From: Octopus bimaculoides
Lineage: Eukaryota
Direction: 5' to 3'
Length of the DNA stretch: 64,000 bases
Assembly (NCBI RefSeq): GCF_001194135.2
Contig: NC_069006.1
Coordinates: 22,097,712 to 22,161,711, forward strand
The notes beneath the pieces were generated by a model. That model saw only the letters and a list, made by a program, of their open reading frames with translations. It was not told the DNA's origin and did no database searches. Within the stretch, counting starts at the first letter, position 1, and each line of letters starts with the position of its first letter. Below, piece by piece: positions 39,751 to 52,185 of this stretch. The position numbers and the translations under genes are program-made.

Positions 39751-41339
39751 TTGATCTCTTCTGTTGGAATGTCTGTGAGTTGAAGATCTAGAACTAAAAA
39801 TTATTGGCAAAAATGGAATGGAATACCAAAGATTTGGCATTTTGTGAGGGAAACACTGAGAATAGCAGTTAGTGTAGAGACAAGGGCCAGGGAAATGGGA
39901 GAAGGCAATAAATATGACTAGAGGAGGGAAGAGATGGTTGAATCATATAGGCTTGGATGCAGGTGGTTTGAAACTACAACATAAAAATTAATCTAAAATG
40001 AACAAACACTTAAAAGTTGAAAAAAAACAAAAAAAAAACTGTTTGAATCAAAATTAATATCATCAGATGCAAAAGTTGCTAATTGCAACAGATCTATTAA
40101 ATTAGAAAGCAATGTTAAGCGTATAAACTAATTTCCATAATTTTGATAATTAGAAAAATAAATTGAGAGAAGTATGATCACAGTTATTTAAATTATGGTC
40201 AATAGTAATGTCTTTAATTATCTGCAGTAAAATTTTTTAAAAAGTTGAAGTCCTCTTACGTATGTAGTAGCACAACCAGTTAGAAACTGTAGGTAAATCT
40301 CCCTGAAATCACACCCTATTCATCATCCTCATCATCATCATTTAATGTCCACTTTTTTTTATTTGCATGGGTCAGAGAGAATTTGTTCAAGCAGATTTTG
40401 TACAGTCAGATATATAATTCCTGCTGCCAACGCTCACCTGGTAATATTTCCCCAGTCATGTTTTACACTGAAGTCTAGAAACAAACAACTTCACTTGTAT
40501 GACAACGATGCTCATTTACAGCCATCACAGATGACAAGACAAAAGTACACACATACACATACACACATAAAAGTACACATGTATACAACAGGCTTTGTTC
40601 ATATTCTGTCTACAAAACTCACTCACAAAGCTTTGGTCAGCCCAGAGTTATAATAGAAAACACTTGCTCAAGGTACTGTGCAAAGAGATCACATGACTAG
40701 GAAGCAAACTTCTTAACCATACAGCTATGATTGTGCCTATTGCAATGTTGTACCTATTGCAATGTTGTACCTATTGACATGTTTGCACCTACTGTCTATG
40801 AAATATAAATGAAGGACACATTGAATAATGTGGTCCTCTATACATTAGGACCTATAAAAGGATGTGATGGTCATAACTTAAAAATAAAAGTTGAAGTAAT
40901 GCTCCATGGAGGCCAGTCACACTGGTAGAAATAGCAGTCAAATATCCAGCAAATCATAAATCTTCTGAATTTTGCAAACTATCTTCTGAATTTTGCAAAC
41001 CATCTTCTGCAAATTCTTTCATTCAAGCATTCTTTCCCATAAACTGAGTGTATGTTTTGAGTCGCTTTGGCTACAGAGTTTCCTGTTTTGTACTCATAAA
41101 GCAAATGCTCTTTGGATACTTCCATGTTAGAAAGGGTTTAAATCAAAGAAATTTTAATTCTATTATTCTGTAAAATAATATTTAATTAATATAAATGTAC
41201 ACAAATGCATAAAAATAATTTTTAATTCCATTAGACATTCTAAAGTATTTTAAAATTTCATTCAATTTTAAAAAAGGTAAAATCAGACAGAACTTATGGG
41301 ATGACCTGATATATATATATATATGGATATATATACTTA

Positions 41340-41670
41340 TATGTTGGGCTTCTTTCAATTTCCATTTACCAAATTCACTAACAAGGCTATAGTAGAAGAC
41401 ACTTGTCCAAGGTACCATGCAGTGAGGCTAAATCCAGAGTCATGTAGTTAGAGAAGAAAACTTCTTACCACACAGCCATGCCATCTTTATACATACACAT
41501 ATATATAAATATGAGAGAGGGTCTTCCATGCAGTTTCTATCTACCAAATTCAATGACAAGGCATTGGACAGCCTGAGGCTATAATAGAAGACACTTGCCC
41601 AAAGGTGCTGTGCAGTGGGACTGAACTCAAAAACCATGAGGCTGAAAAGCAAACTTCTTAACCGCATGAC
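41340..41670 (-). mobile_element. Two tandem CORE-like SINE heads
   Basis: GAAGACACTTGTCCAAGGTACCATGCAGTGAG... and GAAGACACTTGCCCAAAGGTGCTGTGCAGTGGGACTGAAC... Confidence 0.75.
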
Positions 41671-42319
41671 CATTACTGTATCTGTAACTTCTTAACGATA
41701 CAGCTGTCTGCTCCAGTATATTGAACAATATATATACTGTGCAGATGACTGACCCTGGCTTACTTAATCAGAAATATCTGCTAAGTAAATGCAACAGTAT
41801 GAGAACAAGTCAGTATAATAGTAGGAGTCATTAGCATGTAGATTGTGAACTTCTAGTAATATTGTAATGTTTAGCCACCATTTTATTTTTAAATTGCATC
41901 ATGTGTGTGTGTGTGTGTATTCCTATATTTTGACATGCCCTGAACCTGGAGATCATACTGTCCATTTGATACAGAACACAGAATACAGATAGAAGAGAAG
42001 ATAACAGATATTCAAATGCAGGCATAATTCTATTCAGAATTCAATACAGAAATTTGCTCTAAGAATGAATACAACCTTGAAAATATTTCTTATGAAAACA
42101 AAAAGAAAAACATAGAAAGATGTCCAAAGTATCTGCGCGAGTAGCATAAAATTGCAGAAACATACACAGAAAAATACACATATAGTTATAGACATATGTA
42201 TATGTATGATCGCATCTCTCTCTCTACATATATATAAATTCAAATGTGAATTAAAAGCAGTTTGAGGTATATAAACAAAATCAAACACACATACACAAGG
42301 TGTGCATGTTGTTAGTTAT

Positions 42320-42707
42320 AAAGACAGAATCTCCACACAAGAAAGAATCAACAAGGAGAATCTTTTCATAGAGAAATTCCAACCATTTCTTAACACACAT
42401 ACCTCTCAGTGACCTTATTTCTCTAGGAACAGACATAAACTTCCTGTTGAAAAAGAGTTCATAACTCCAACTGAAAAGATTTGTCTCCCCTTACACACAC
42501 TTCCTGTTTTGACGCCACACTTCCTGCTTAACACAAACTTTTAGCCCTTTTCTTAAACCTAACAACTCTCAATTCTCATGCATCCTTATTTTTCCAACCA
42601 TTATCTACATGGATTACCATTGAACTTTAAAAGCTCAAAGACAATATAATGTATTGGTATATTTATTTTTTTATATATTATTTTCTTCATTTTGTACTTC
42701 TTTGTAA
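42320..42707 (-). mobile_element. Longest visible piece of the unclassified AT-rich element, including probable internal sequence
   Basis: 42547-42707 matches 5112-5270. Upstream sequence with three (C)ACTTCCTG motifs is probably element interior; the left boundary is uncertain. Confidence 0.6.
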
Positions 42708-43560
42708 NNNNNNNNNNNNNNNNNNNNNNNNNNNNNNNNNNNNNNNNNNNNNNNNNNNNNNNNNNNNNNNNNNNNNNNNNNNNNNNNNNNNNNNNNNNNN
42801 NNNNNNNNNNNNNNNNNNNNNNNNNNNNNNNNNNNNNNNNNNNNNNNNNNNNNNNNNNNNNNNNNNNNNNNNNNNNNNNNNNNNNNNNNNNNNNNNNNNN
42901 NNNNNNNNNNNNNNNNNNNNNNNNNNNNNNNNNNNNNNTTATATATACACACACATATATTTATATATATACATACGCATACCATCAAATACAGCACATA
43001 TATGATGCATTTTTTATTCCAAAGAAATGTTAAAAAAAAAATACCCCAGGTTCTATATGCAAAGTTAAGCCTACTTTACATGCTTTAATGCTCAAAAAAA
43101 AATCTTATTGAATATGCACTGCTGAAATTAGGGCATGTCCTGCTTGTGCATCTTGTATGCAATCAAATACATTACATACACACACACACGTTCACTCACA
43201 GAGATAAACAAACATTATTATTGTTATTTTCATTTAACAGTTTCAGAACCTTTAAACAGATTGAGAATTTAGCTTATGGACCGAGCTGAAATTTGAAAAG
43301 ATACTAGTTGAATGGCTAAGATCAAATACACTTTATAAAAATTAAAATCAAAATATGTCAAAGCATATGATATATACATAAAGGTTCTTCTATATTCTTG
43401 CACACACACACACACAAACAATAACACAATATTATTATAGTGGGAGAGAAAAAGATTTATGAATGAAGCATGTATTTCATACCCTTTAATATAAAAAAAA
43501 CAAATTAAGTCCAAACCTTGTAAAAGCAGGCATGGAAGGCAGATGGAAAAATATCAATGT

Positions 43561-43600
43561 TTACTCACCTGAAAAAAATAAAAATAACAAGAAAATTAGA
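43561..43600 (-). promoter_or_regulatory. Candidate recursive splice site (ratchet point): branch point, poly-Y, CAG|GTGAGT
   Basis: Minus strand TATCTAATTTTCTTGTTATTTTTATTTTTTTCAG|GTGAGTAA; junction between 43569 and 43568; CTAAT about 27 nt upstream; about 93 nt AG-free. Confidence 0.55.
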
Positions 43601-44964
43601 TACATATATATGAAGAGAGAGAGAGAGAGAGAGAAGGATACATATATAGATATGATATTAATACTTCAATTTTAATCAAAACTTTATATATATCAAATGT
43701 TTACATATATGTATCTGTCTATTTATCTATACATTAATAATTAAAATTTGGCACAAAGGACAACAAAGGAGCATACGGAATAACAGGAAAAACACACACA
43801 ACAGAACACACACACTCTCATTGACCAAATATGACCACAATTTTGATGATATTTTGAATTTGGCAGAGTCCACTTGCATGCATGCATACATGATGGCCAT
43901 CCACTTGTGACTGAGGAAGACCATTGCTGACCTTTAGATTTGTGCACAAACCAAAGATCGCCAAAATGTCCAATGCCATTCCCTGCATATGTGATTTTAT
44001 ATCAGAGTGACCTTTTCTTAGAGACACGCTTTAACAGAAGCTGAGGGGTGCCTCACAAACAGTGGTCTTCTAGCACACTGGACACCGATAGCTGTTGAGC
44101 CTCCACTAGGTTCATTGCTCCAAAACACAACGCACTGCCTAGTCTTGGAATTGAAACTATGATCTTGTGATTGTGAATTTAAGATCCTAACCATTACGCC
44201 ATGCACCTTTACAACCATGTAAATAATAATATAGTTCTATATTTAAGAGATGAGGAATTATGTACATTATTTTCATTTGTTTTGGTTGACACTTGCCCAA
44301 GGTGCTGTACAGTTGGATTGAATCCAAAACCATGTCGTTAAAGCAAACTTCTTAAATGCATAACAATGTCTATCAGATGTAAACTCCTTTACAAGCATAG
44401 TCAGGGATTCAGGAATTAGTAATCATAATAATAATGTATATAATGTTCTTTATAATGTTCTGTATTCAAATTTCCATGATTGTGTGATGACTTGAACAGT
44501 GTGCGTGAGAGAGAGAGAGAAAGAGAGGTACAAACAGTTATACAGATAGATAGATGTATGTGCCTACCAAATTTCACTAACGATGTATTGGTCTATGCCA
44601 AGCTAAGTAGCTAAGTTCACCTATATTTGTGTGACATCTTTTAGGGACATAAATATCACAAAGCTCAATTTACCAATTTAAGCTAGTTATACAAGTATAT
44701 GTATAAAAACACATGCACACATCTATCTGTGTGTCTGTCTGTCCATCTCTTTCTTCTGCATTCTCTCATATAGATATGCATATATGCATACATTCACATA
44801 CATCTATCTAGCTTTTTGTCCATCTATTAGTACTCCCCATCTCCTACACACAAATATATACACAATGTGCAACCATACAGTTTCAGTCTACAAATTCCTA
44901 CTCACAAAATATTAGTGAACCAAGACTACAGAAGAAGTGCCCTATCCATAGAGACACACATAAT

Positions 44965-45310
44965 CATCATTATCATTTAACGTCCATTTTCCAATTTGAC
45001 CAGAGTTGGTAAGACCAGAGTTGGTAAGACCAGGGGTTGCACCAGGCTCCGTTGTCTGTTCTGGCATGGTTTCTATGGTTGGATGCCCTTCCTAATGCCA
45101 ACTACTCCACAGAGTATACTGAATGATTTTTATGTAGCACCAGTACTTTTAATGTGGCACCAGCACCAGCACTTTTAATGTGACATGAGTACCATTGCTT
45201 TTTAAGTGGCACCAGCGAAAGTACTTATGTGGCACCGGCACCGGTATCAATTCTACTACGGAGGACAAGTCTTCTTGAGTACAGCAGCGGACCAGACATC
45301 TTGATCCTTA
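44965..45310 (-). mobile_element. Longer diverged copy of the (GAT)n-tailed retroelement with internal degenerate GTGGCACCAG minisatellite
   Basis: CATCATTTAACGTCCATTTTCC...GGTTGGATGCCCTTCCTAATGCCAAC; internal 15-bp tandem duplication at 44998-45027. Confidence 0.65.
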
Positions 45311-45999
45311 ATGTAATCAAAATTGGAACTTTGGAACCACATGGTTGTGAAACAAACTCCTTAACCACATAGCCACGTCTGCTTCCCTTGGACCTGTTTT
45401 ATGTCAATCAGGTCAGCTGGAGCATGTAGCAGAATTATATTACTACTACTCAGGCAAAGCACACGCAATAGTTGTAGTAGTAAGGTTGGCAATCTGGTCA
45501 GTATGTGGTCCAACACCTTAACAGAAAAAAATCAATTTGAAATTGGGTGAAATAAATATAATTTTTACCCTAATAAAAAAAATATTATTACAGTCACTTC
45601 CTTTTCTTTTACTTTTTGTTTTTCTTATTTTCTTTTCTGTTTTATAGAGATCTTGTTATGCTCTGGTTTCAGTAATTGAGTCTATCTATTTCAGCTTACT
45701 TGCATTGTTAATACTCTTGAGAAAGACATCAACATTGAACAATTTTATTATCTCCACTCACCTATAAGTCTGAGGCGTCATGCCAATAATAAAAAATAAC
45801 AATAATAAAAAATAAGTAAATAGAGGGAAAAAAATCAATATTTACATTTACAATTTTCATACTTTAACTAAAAGGTCTTGTTTTCGTAGTCTATGGTTAC
45901 CCAGGTGATCACTGAACCCTTCACGTGTCCCAGATCTCCCCTACCATTCCACCACTTCTCATAGAAAACTCTCAAAAATGATATTTTGGCCATTATTAA

Positions 46000-46180
46000 T
46001 AAAATATCAATAAATGGATGAATGGTCAATGTTTCAAAGAAATGCCAAAATATCTGAAATAATAAGTTCTTTCCCATCGCTGAAAAAATATGATTAATTT
46101 ATTATTGAAAACATCTGTCTAAATGGCACCAGCATTCCTATTTTTGATGAGGCCAAAAGTCTTGGTGTTGCATTAAATAT
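46000..46180 (+). mobile_element. Ancient LINE reverse-transcriptase fragment
   Basis: MDEWSMFQRNAKISEII...NICLNGTSIPIFDEAKSLGVALNMNLK resembles the non-LTR RT thumb region (W.....lN..K; i.lnG..I......K.LGV.L). Confidence 0.4.
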
Positions 46181-46599
46181 GAACCTTAAGCAATAGATCA
46201 ATCAACTGATCAATCACTCATACACCACACTAAAACAATATTTGGATAACCAGAAAATTCCTTACTCTAGGTCAGACAAACTTGTATTTGTTATGTCTAG
46301 AATCATTTTGAAAATTGACTATTATAATTTCACTTTCAGTTAATACAATTTTCAAAAAAAACAAAAAAACACTTGCAAATATATTTTCTAAAAGTCTTTA
46401 TCACAAAGTTGCTAAGATTTCTCTTGAAATGCAAAATATATTTCCAGCAGTAGTAAGCCTACATTTAACCATCAATAAAAGACAATATAGGCATGCCTAC
46501 TTGTATACGGTATTGTATATCTACATAATGATTCTCTCATTGCTGCAATTTTGTAAGTATGGTTTTACCATACTTAAGCAGCGAAGTAGTATGCCAAGC

Positions 46600-46790
46600 A
46601 AAACTCTTAGTGGCATTTCGTCAGTCTTCACATTTAAGGTATAAATTCCACCAAGGTCGATTTTGCCTTTCATTCTTTCAGAGTCAATAATCTAAGTACC
46701 AGTTGAGAACAGGGGTTGATCTAATTGACTAAACCCCTCCTCTAAAATTGCTGGCCTTGTGCCAAAATTTGAAACCAATATTTATTCTGG
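46600..46790 (+). mobile_element. tRNA-derived SINE (second family)
   Basis: AAATTCCACCAAGGTCGATTTTGCCTTTCATTCTTTCAGAGTCAATAA..AAGTACCAGTTG. Confidence 0.75.
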
Positions 46791-46859
46791 TTCTTTACTT
46801 TCTGGGTTCAAATCTCATTGTGGCTTATGCAGTTGATAAAGTGAAATTTTTCTTCTATA

Positions 46860-47110
46860 CACAATTCTGTCCCAAATAAGGCTTGGTGCCACTGTAGTGT
46901 AAGGGACTACAGAGAAGGAAAAGAACGGATCTACAAACGCAAAAGATGCTGACTGACAGAAAAACTTAAGGACTGAATATCATAGACCACATGAAAACAA
47001 GATGATGGTAGTAAGTTCCAAAGAGCAGCAGTTTGAGGAAAGAAGCAATAAGAATAAAATGACTTATGACTAACAGCAATGGTTAAAAAGATTGCTGAGA
47101 GAGTTTAAAG
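46860..47110 (-). mobile_element. CR1/L2-like LINE 3' end
   Basis: Minus strand encodes approximately SYCFFPQTAALWNL.PSSCF.VVYDIQS, matching the FFP.T..LWN.LP motif, followed by a short 3' UTR. Confidence 0.55.
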
Positions 47111-47717
47111 AGATTGAAACATACCTGTAGTTTGGAAACTCATTAGAGATTTTTTATGTGTTGTTATTTAGCCCCGAGTCAGGTCTAAATAAGCAGACCA
47201 ATGATAGAAAAGTATTCCAGCCGTAACCATGCTGTCTCCACACTATTCATAATATACCAAGTGAGTCAACAGTGACTTCTAATGGTGATATTTATTTTTT
47301 ATGAAGCCTCACATAATATTGAATGCATGTGACCAGGGACCACATGTGAACTTGTATTGCCATTGAAACTCCAAACATGAACTCGTTGGTCAGAGCCAGC
47401 TCAACCCACCCCTGATAAATGTCACTGCTAGTATGAGTAAGTAGTACATTACATTGCAATGCGAATGATCTAGCTTGAACTACATTATTTCAATTTCAGG
47501 AAATTTGCAAAAGACGTTTCTTTGTATTTCTTGGATTGTTTTCAATTTCAATCAATTGAAGTTGAGATAGAATCTGGTAAAAAAAAATATTGTTGATATA
47601 TAAAACAATGCCACTTTCTAGGCTTTATTGTAATACAATTGTAATGTATTACTGGAATATAGTGCAATTTCAATAAAATTAAAAATGTGAAAAACTATCC
47701 ATTAACACAATACATAG

Positions 47718-48030
47718 AGGATGTGGCTGTGTGCTAAGAAGCTTGCTTCCCAGTCACATAGTTTCAGGTTCAGTCCCACTGCATGGTATCATGAGCAAGT
47801 GGCTTCTACTGTTGCCTCAGATTGACCAAAGCCTAGTGGGTAGATTTGGTAGACAGAAACTGAAAAGAGGCCCATCATATTTGTGTATATGTGTGTGTGT
47901 GTGTGTGTGCGTGTCTCTCTCTCCTTTTGTGTCTGTGTTTGTCTCCCACCACCGCTTGACAACTGCATTGCCATAATTTAGCAGTTCAGCAAAAGAGACT
48001 GATAGAATAAGTACCAGTAAAGACTGAATC
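47718..48030 (+). mobile_element. Composite CORE-like SINE, well preserved
   Basis: GTGGCTGTGTGCTAAGAAGCTTGCTTCCCAG..GGTTCAGTCCCACTGCATGG...GGTAGACAGAAACTGAAA, (TG)n, CACCACCGCTTGACAAC...GCAAAAGAGACTGATAGAATAAGTACCAG. Confidence 0.8.
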
Positions 48031-48219
48031 AAATAAAAGATAAGAGAATTGGACAGCTGGTGCAGAAGAAAATAGAAAATATGGCACAAAATGGGCTTGG
48101 TCAGCAATGGGTTATTCATACTGTACCTAGGGTCATATTTGATGGAGATTTGGCTGCTATTTCTAGTACCTCAAACAACCACACTGCATCCCTCAGTGGT
48201 TATATATTTCTAAGAATGA

Positions 48220-48256
<37 letters not shown>

Positions 48257-48469
48257 AAGTCATGTCTAAATAACAAAAACAGGTGTGATGATGATATGAA
48301 TGATAATGGTTTGTTTTACTACCGTGCAGTTCAGCTGTACTATAGTAAATCTATTTCCATGAAACCATGAAGTTGATCTTTTCGTTAAAATATAATGAAA
48401 CTGAGAAAATGAAAATATAATTGTTTTCTAACACAGCATTAGGTTAATATATCTCAGTCAGATTTAAAA

Positions 48470-48725
48470 GCTATTTGCAATGTACACGTATGGACACAGA
48501 CACAGGTAGGTAAATACATACACACATATGCAAATAAACATACATGCATATAGACAGGTAAAATACATGCACGAGAGATAGGTAAATACATACACATATA
48601 AATAAACATAAATACCGACACAAACAGACACACATACATACAGAGGCATACATACACAGATAAACACACAGATGTATACATACAAAGATAGAGACAGACT
48701 GTCATGAACATATACTTATATATAC

Positions 48726-48820
<95 letters not shown>

Positions 48821-48888
48821 CACATATATACATACACACACAGATACATCTAAATATAGATACCTGCTCACCTACCTACCTTCAAAAT

Positions 48889-48930
<42 letters not shown>

Positions 48931-48993
48931 TATACATATATATACACATACATATATATATACATACATACATATATATATATACATATATAT

Positions 48994-49024
<31 letters not shown>

Positions 49025-49025
49025 C

Positions 49026-49068
<43 letters not shown>

Positions 49069-49130
49069 TATACATACACATATATACATATATATATATA
49101 CATGTACCAAAACACACACATGTATAAATA
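48470..49130. repeat. Long compound (TA/CA/TACA)n microsatellite field
   Basis: Direct reading of the sequence. Confidence 0.9.
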
Positions 49131-49981
49131 TATACTTAGAGATGAATAATACTTCTTAATTTCTTGATTTGTATATTTCCTGAGGCAGAATACAGCTTCA
49201 GAAAATTAAATCAGAATGCGAAGTCTTTCTGCTTACCATAATTTGGTACCAAGAAAAATTTATTTGGCTAATTTCTATAATTGCTTTTTTCGAATATTTT
49301 CTTCATATAGATTTAGAAAAGATAAGAAGATTCTGAATCAATTCAAGATGAATTTCATTCATTATTTTAATTTCAGAATTTCTTTTCCTTTTCTTCTTAT
49401 TTTCGAATTTTTGTATGTGTTTCTTAAATTTAACTTTTAAATATTCCTTATTTCTACTTTTAAATTTTCAAGTCAATCATTTCTAATAGTCTCAGAAATC
49501 TATTCCAAATTTCAAACCCTTAGTTTTATGAGAAACAGCCATGAGGATTTTGTTGTTTGCAAAATATTACCATTGAAAAATAATAAACACATTTTAACAA
49601 GATAGACTTTACTTTGCTATTAAATAAAAATCAAATTCTAAATTATTTCTTATTTAAATATTATTTCTTCACCCCTCCACCACCATTTCAAAGATTTATA
49701 TCTAAACTAAATATTATTTGTTATCATTTAATTTGAATTTTAAATTTGCTTTAACCAAGTACAAGGTCAATGTTTTAACATTTCATAACTATATTTCTAA
49801 TGAATTACATCATTTTACTTGTTTCAGTCATTAGAATATGGCAATGCAGAAATCACATGGTTTGAGTCTCTGTCATACAGTCCAGCACCACAGGCAAATG
49901 CCTTCTACTGTAGGCCAACCAATGCTTAGTGAGTGAATTTCGTAGACAGAAACTGTGCTGAAACCAGTTGTGTGTGTTTGT

Positions 49982-50032
<51 letters not shown>

Positions 50033-50799
50033 CTAGGTCAATCCCATAAGTTCTGTCCGAATTTTGAATAAAGAGACCAATAGAATAATGCCAGGTTTTA
50101 CAAAAAAAAAAGAAAAAAAAAGCGCTGGGGTCAATTTCTTCAACTAGAGCCTTCAAGGTAGTGTCCAAGAATGGCTGCAGTCCAATGACTGAAACAAGTA
50201 AGGTCTAAAAGATAAAATATCAACCACTTCACTAAGATGTTTTTTATTCACATGATATTGGCAGTAGTTGTAATAGTGGCATGGTTTATTCATGAACGTT
50301 CGTTCAGAAAAAACAAAAACAAAAAGAATTAGAAGCACATGCATACATAACTTGTTCACCTTTTTGGAATGAACATACATACACGCAAAGTATTACTGAC
50401 ACAAAATAGACAAGACTAATGATGGAAAATTTCCATAACACACATAAAAGTTAAATTGTTAACACTACTGAAGAAAGCAATCACTTACATAATTAATGAT
50501 TTTTTTTACTTTTGAAAAGAATTATCTTTCTAGGATCATATAGGTTTAATAAGTTTAGTAAAGTTAATAATATATGTAATGCAATGGCACCAAGAAAGTT
50601 TAATTAAAATTATATCTGTAGTGATGAGAGAAAATAATTATCTTAATGATTAATTCTGGTCAATTGGTTGAATATTCCACATTTAGAATACCTTTTGATT
50701 TTTCATGTCTTTGAGAAGAGCAGATAGTGCTCATGAAATTTGCTAATATTCCAAGAATGATAGTGCAGATGAGGGAGGTTATGTCTTCTACTTGAATCC

Positions 50800-51120
50800 T
50801 GGGCCAACAAATGCCTTGTGAGTGGATATGGTAGATGGAAACTGAAAGAATCCCATTGTGTATGTGTGTCTGTATGTCTGTGTATGCATGTATGTTTGTG
50901 TCTACCCTGTCTAGACATCATATGGTGGTTGTAAATGAGCATCATTGTTATACAAACAGGGCTATATATTTCCAGTCTTCTATGAAAAGCATGATTGGCT
51001 TGCTTGGTATAAGGTGAGGGTTGGTGACAGGAAAGGCATCCAGCTGCTAAAAAAAAAACTGCATCAACAAATTCCATCTGACCAATGCAAGCATGGAAAT
51101 GTAGACGTTAAATAATGATG
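50800..51120 (+). mobile_element. CORE-like SINE 3' part joined to the LINE-like (GAT) tail
   Basis: GCCTTGTGAGTGGATATGGTAGATGGAAACTGAAAGAA, (TG)n, module, GGTTGGTGACAGGAAAGGCATCCAGCTG...GCAAGCATGGAAATGTAGACGTTAAATAATGATGATG. Confidence 0.65.
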
Positions 51121-51959
51121 AGTTCCTTCCCTTGTCTTTCTTGTTAATGTTATAATGACTATGCTTCTCATTATGGGTGTAACTTCAATTGATTCAAATT
51201 TCTTTTTAGTTTGCTACATTAAGTATTTCAGACTGCACTTAACCATCAGGAAGCCAGACTATTAACATTAAAAACAAAATGAATATATAAAATACAAATA
51301 CTAATCAAAATTATGCCAATAATCATGTTTTCCAAATTAGTTAATTAAGCTGACCTTTGAAAAAAAATCTATGTTTAGTAGTCTTGGCAAATACAAGAAC
51401 ATTGTGGCAACTTGTATATTTGTTATTGCAGAGATATCTTGGACAATATCATCATTTAAAAGTTTGTTAAATAAGTCCTTCTCTGAAGATATAGATAGTA
51501 GGGTATGTTTTGAGAGAAATTTAGCTGCTATTTCCAGGAGATTAAGCAGCTCCATAGAATTTCTCTTGTTAAACATGTAATAGATTCCAGATGTGTATAG
51601 CAAGATAGAGCAGAGTGACTTACACCCACATAACACGCTGATTGTGATAGGATTTCAATAGCAATTAGAATTGCTATAAACCACTATCCCATTAGTTTGG
51701 CTATATCATTTATCTTTTACTTGTTTCAGCCATTGGACTGCAGCCATGCTGGAGGGCTGCCTAGCAGAGATGTAACTGAACAAATCAACCTTAGTACATA
51801 GTTTTTATTTTTACAGCCTGAGGCTTATTCTCTCAGCCTCTTTTGCTGAACCTCTAAATTACAGGGACATGGAGAAACCAACACCAGCTGTTAAACAGTA
51901 CAAGGGAGTGGGGAACGAACACTAACATTAAGACACATACACACACAGACATTAATATG

Positions 51960-52185
51960 ACAGAATCATTAGCACACCAAACAAAATGCTTAATGGTATT
52001 TCGTCTGTCTTTACATTCTGAGTTCAAATTCCACCGAGGTCAACTTTGCTTTTCATCTTTTCAAGGTCGATAAATTAAGTATCAGTTGCATACAGGGGTC
52101 GATCTAATCGACTGGCCACCCCCCACCAAATTTCAGGCCTTGTGCCTATAGTAGAAAGGATTATTATTATTATTATTATTATTAT
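51960..52185 (+). mobile_element. tRNA-derived SINE (second family) with (TTA)n tail
   Basis: CAGAATCATTAGCAC...TTCTGAGTTCAAATTCCACCGAGGTCAACTTTGCTTTTCATC...GGTCGATAAATTAAGT...GGGGTCGATCTAATCGACTGG. Confidence 0.8.

Noticed and set aside
45868-46077. 69-aa minus-strand ORF bounded by plausible splice sites
   Set aside because: No recognisable homology; the opposite strand reads as a decayed LINE RT fragment.
1490-49127. Numerous 60-345 aa ORFs rich in [12 protein letters not shown] or X
   Set aside because: They are translations of (TA)n/(CA)n microsatellites and N gaps, not genes.
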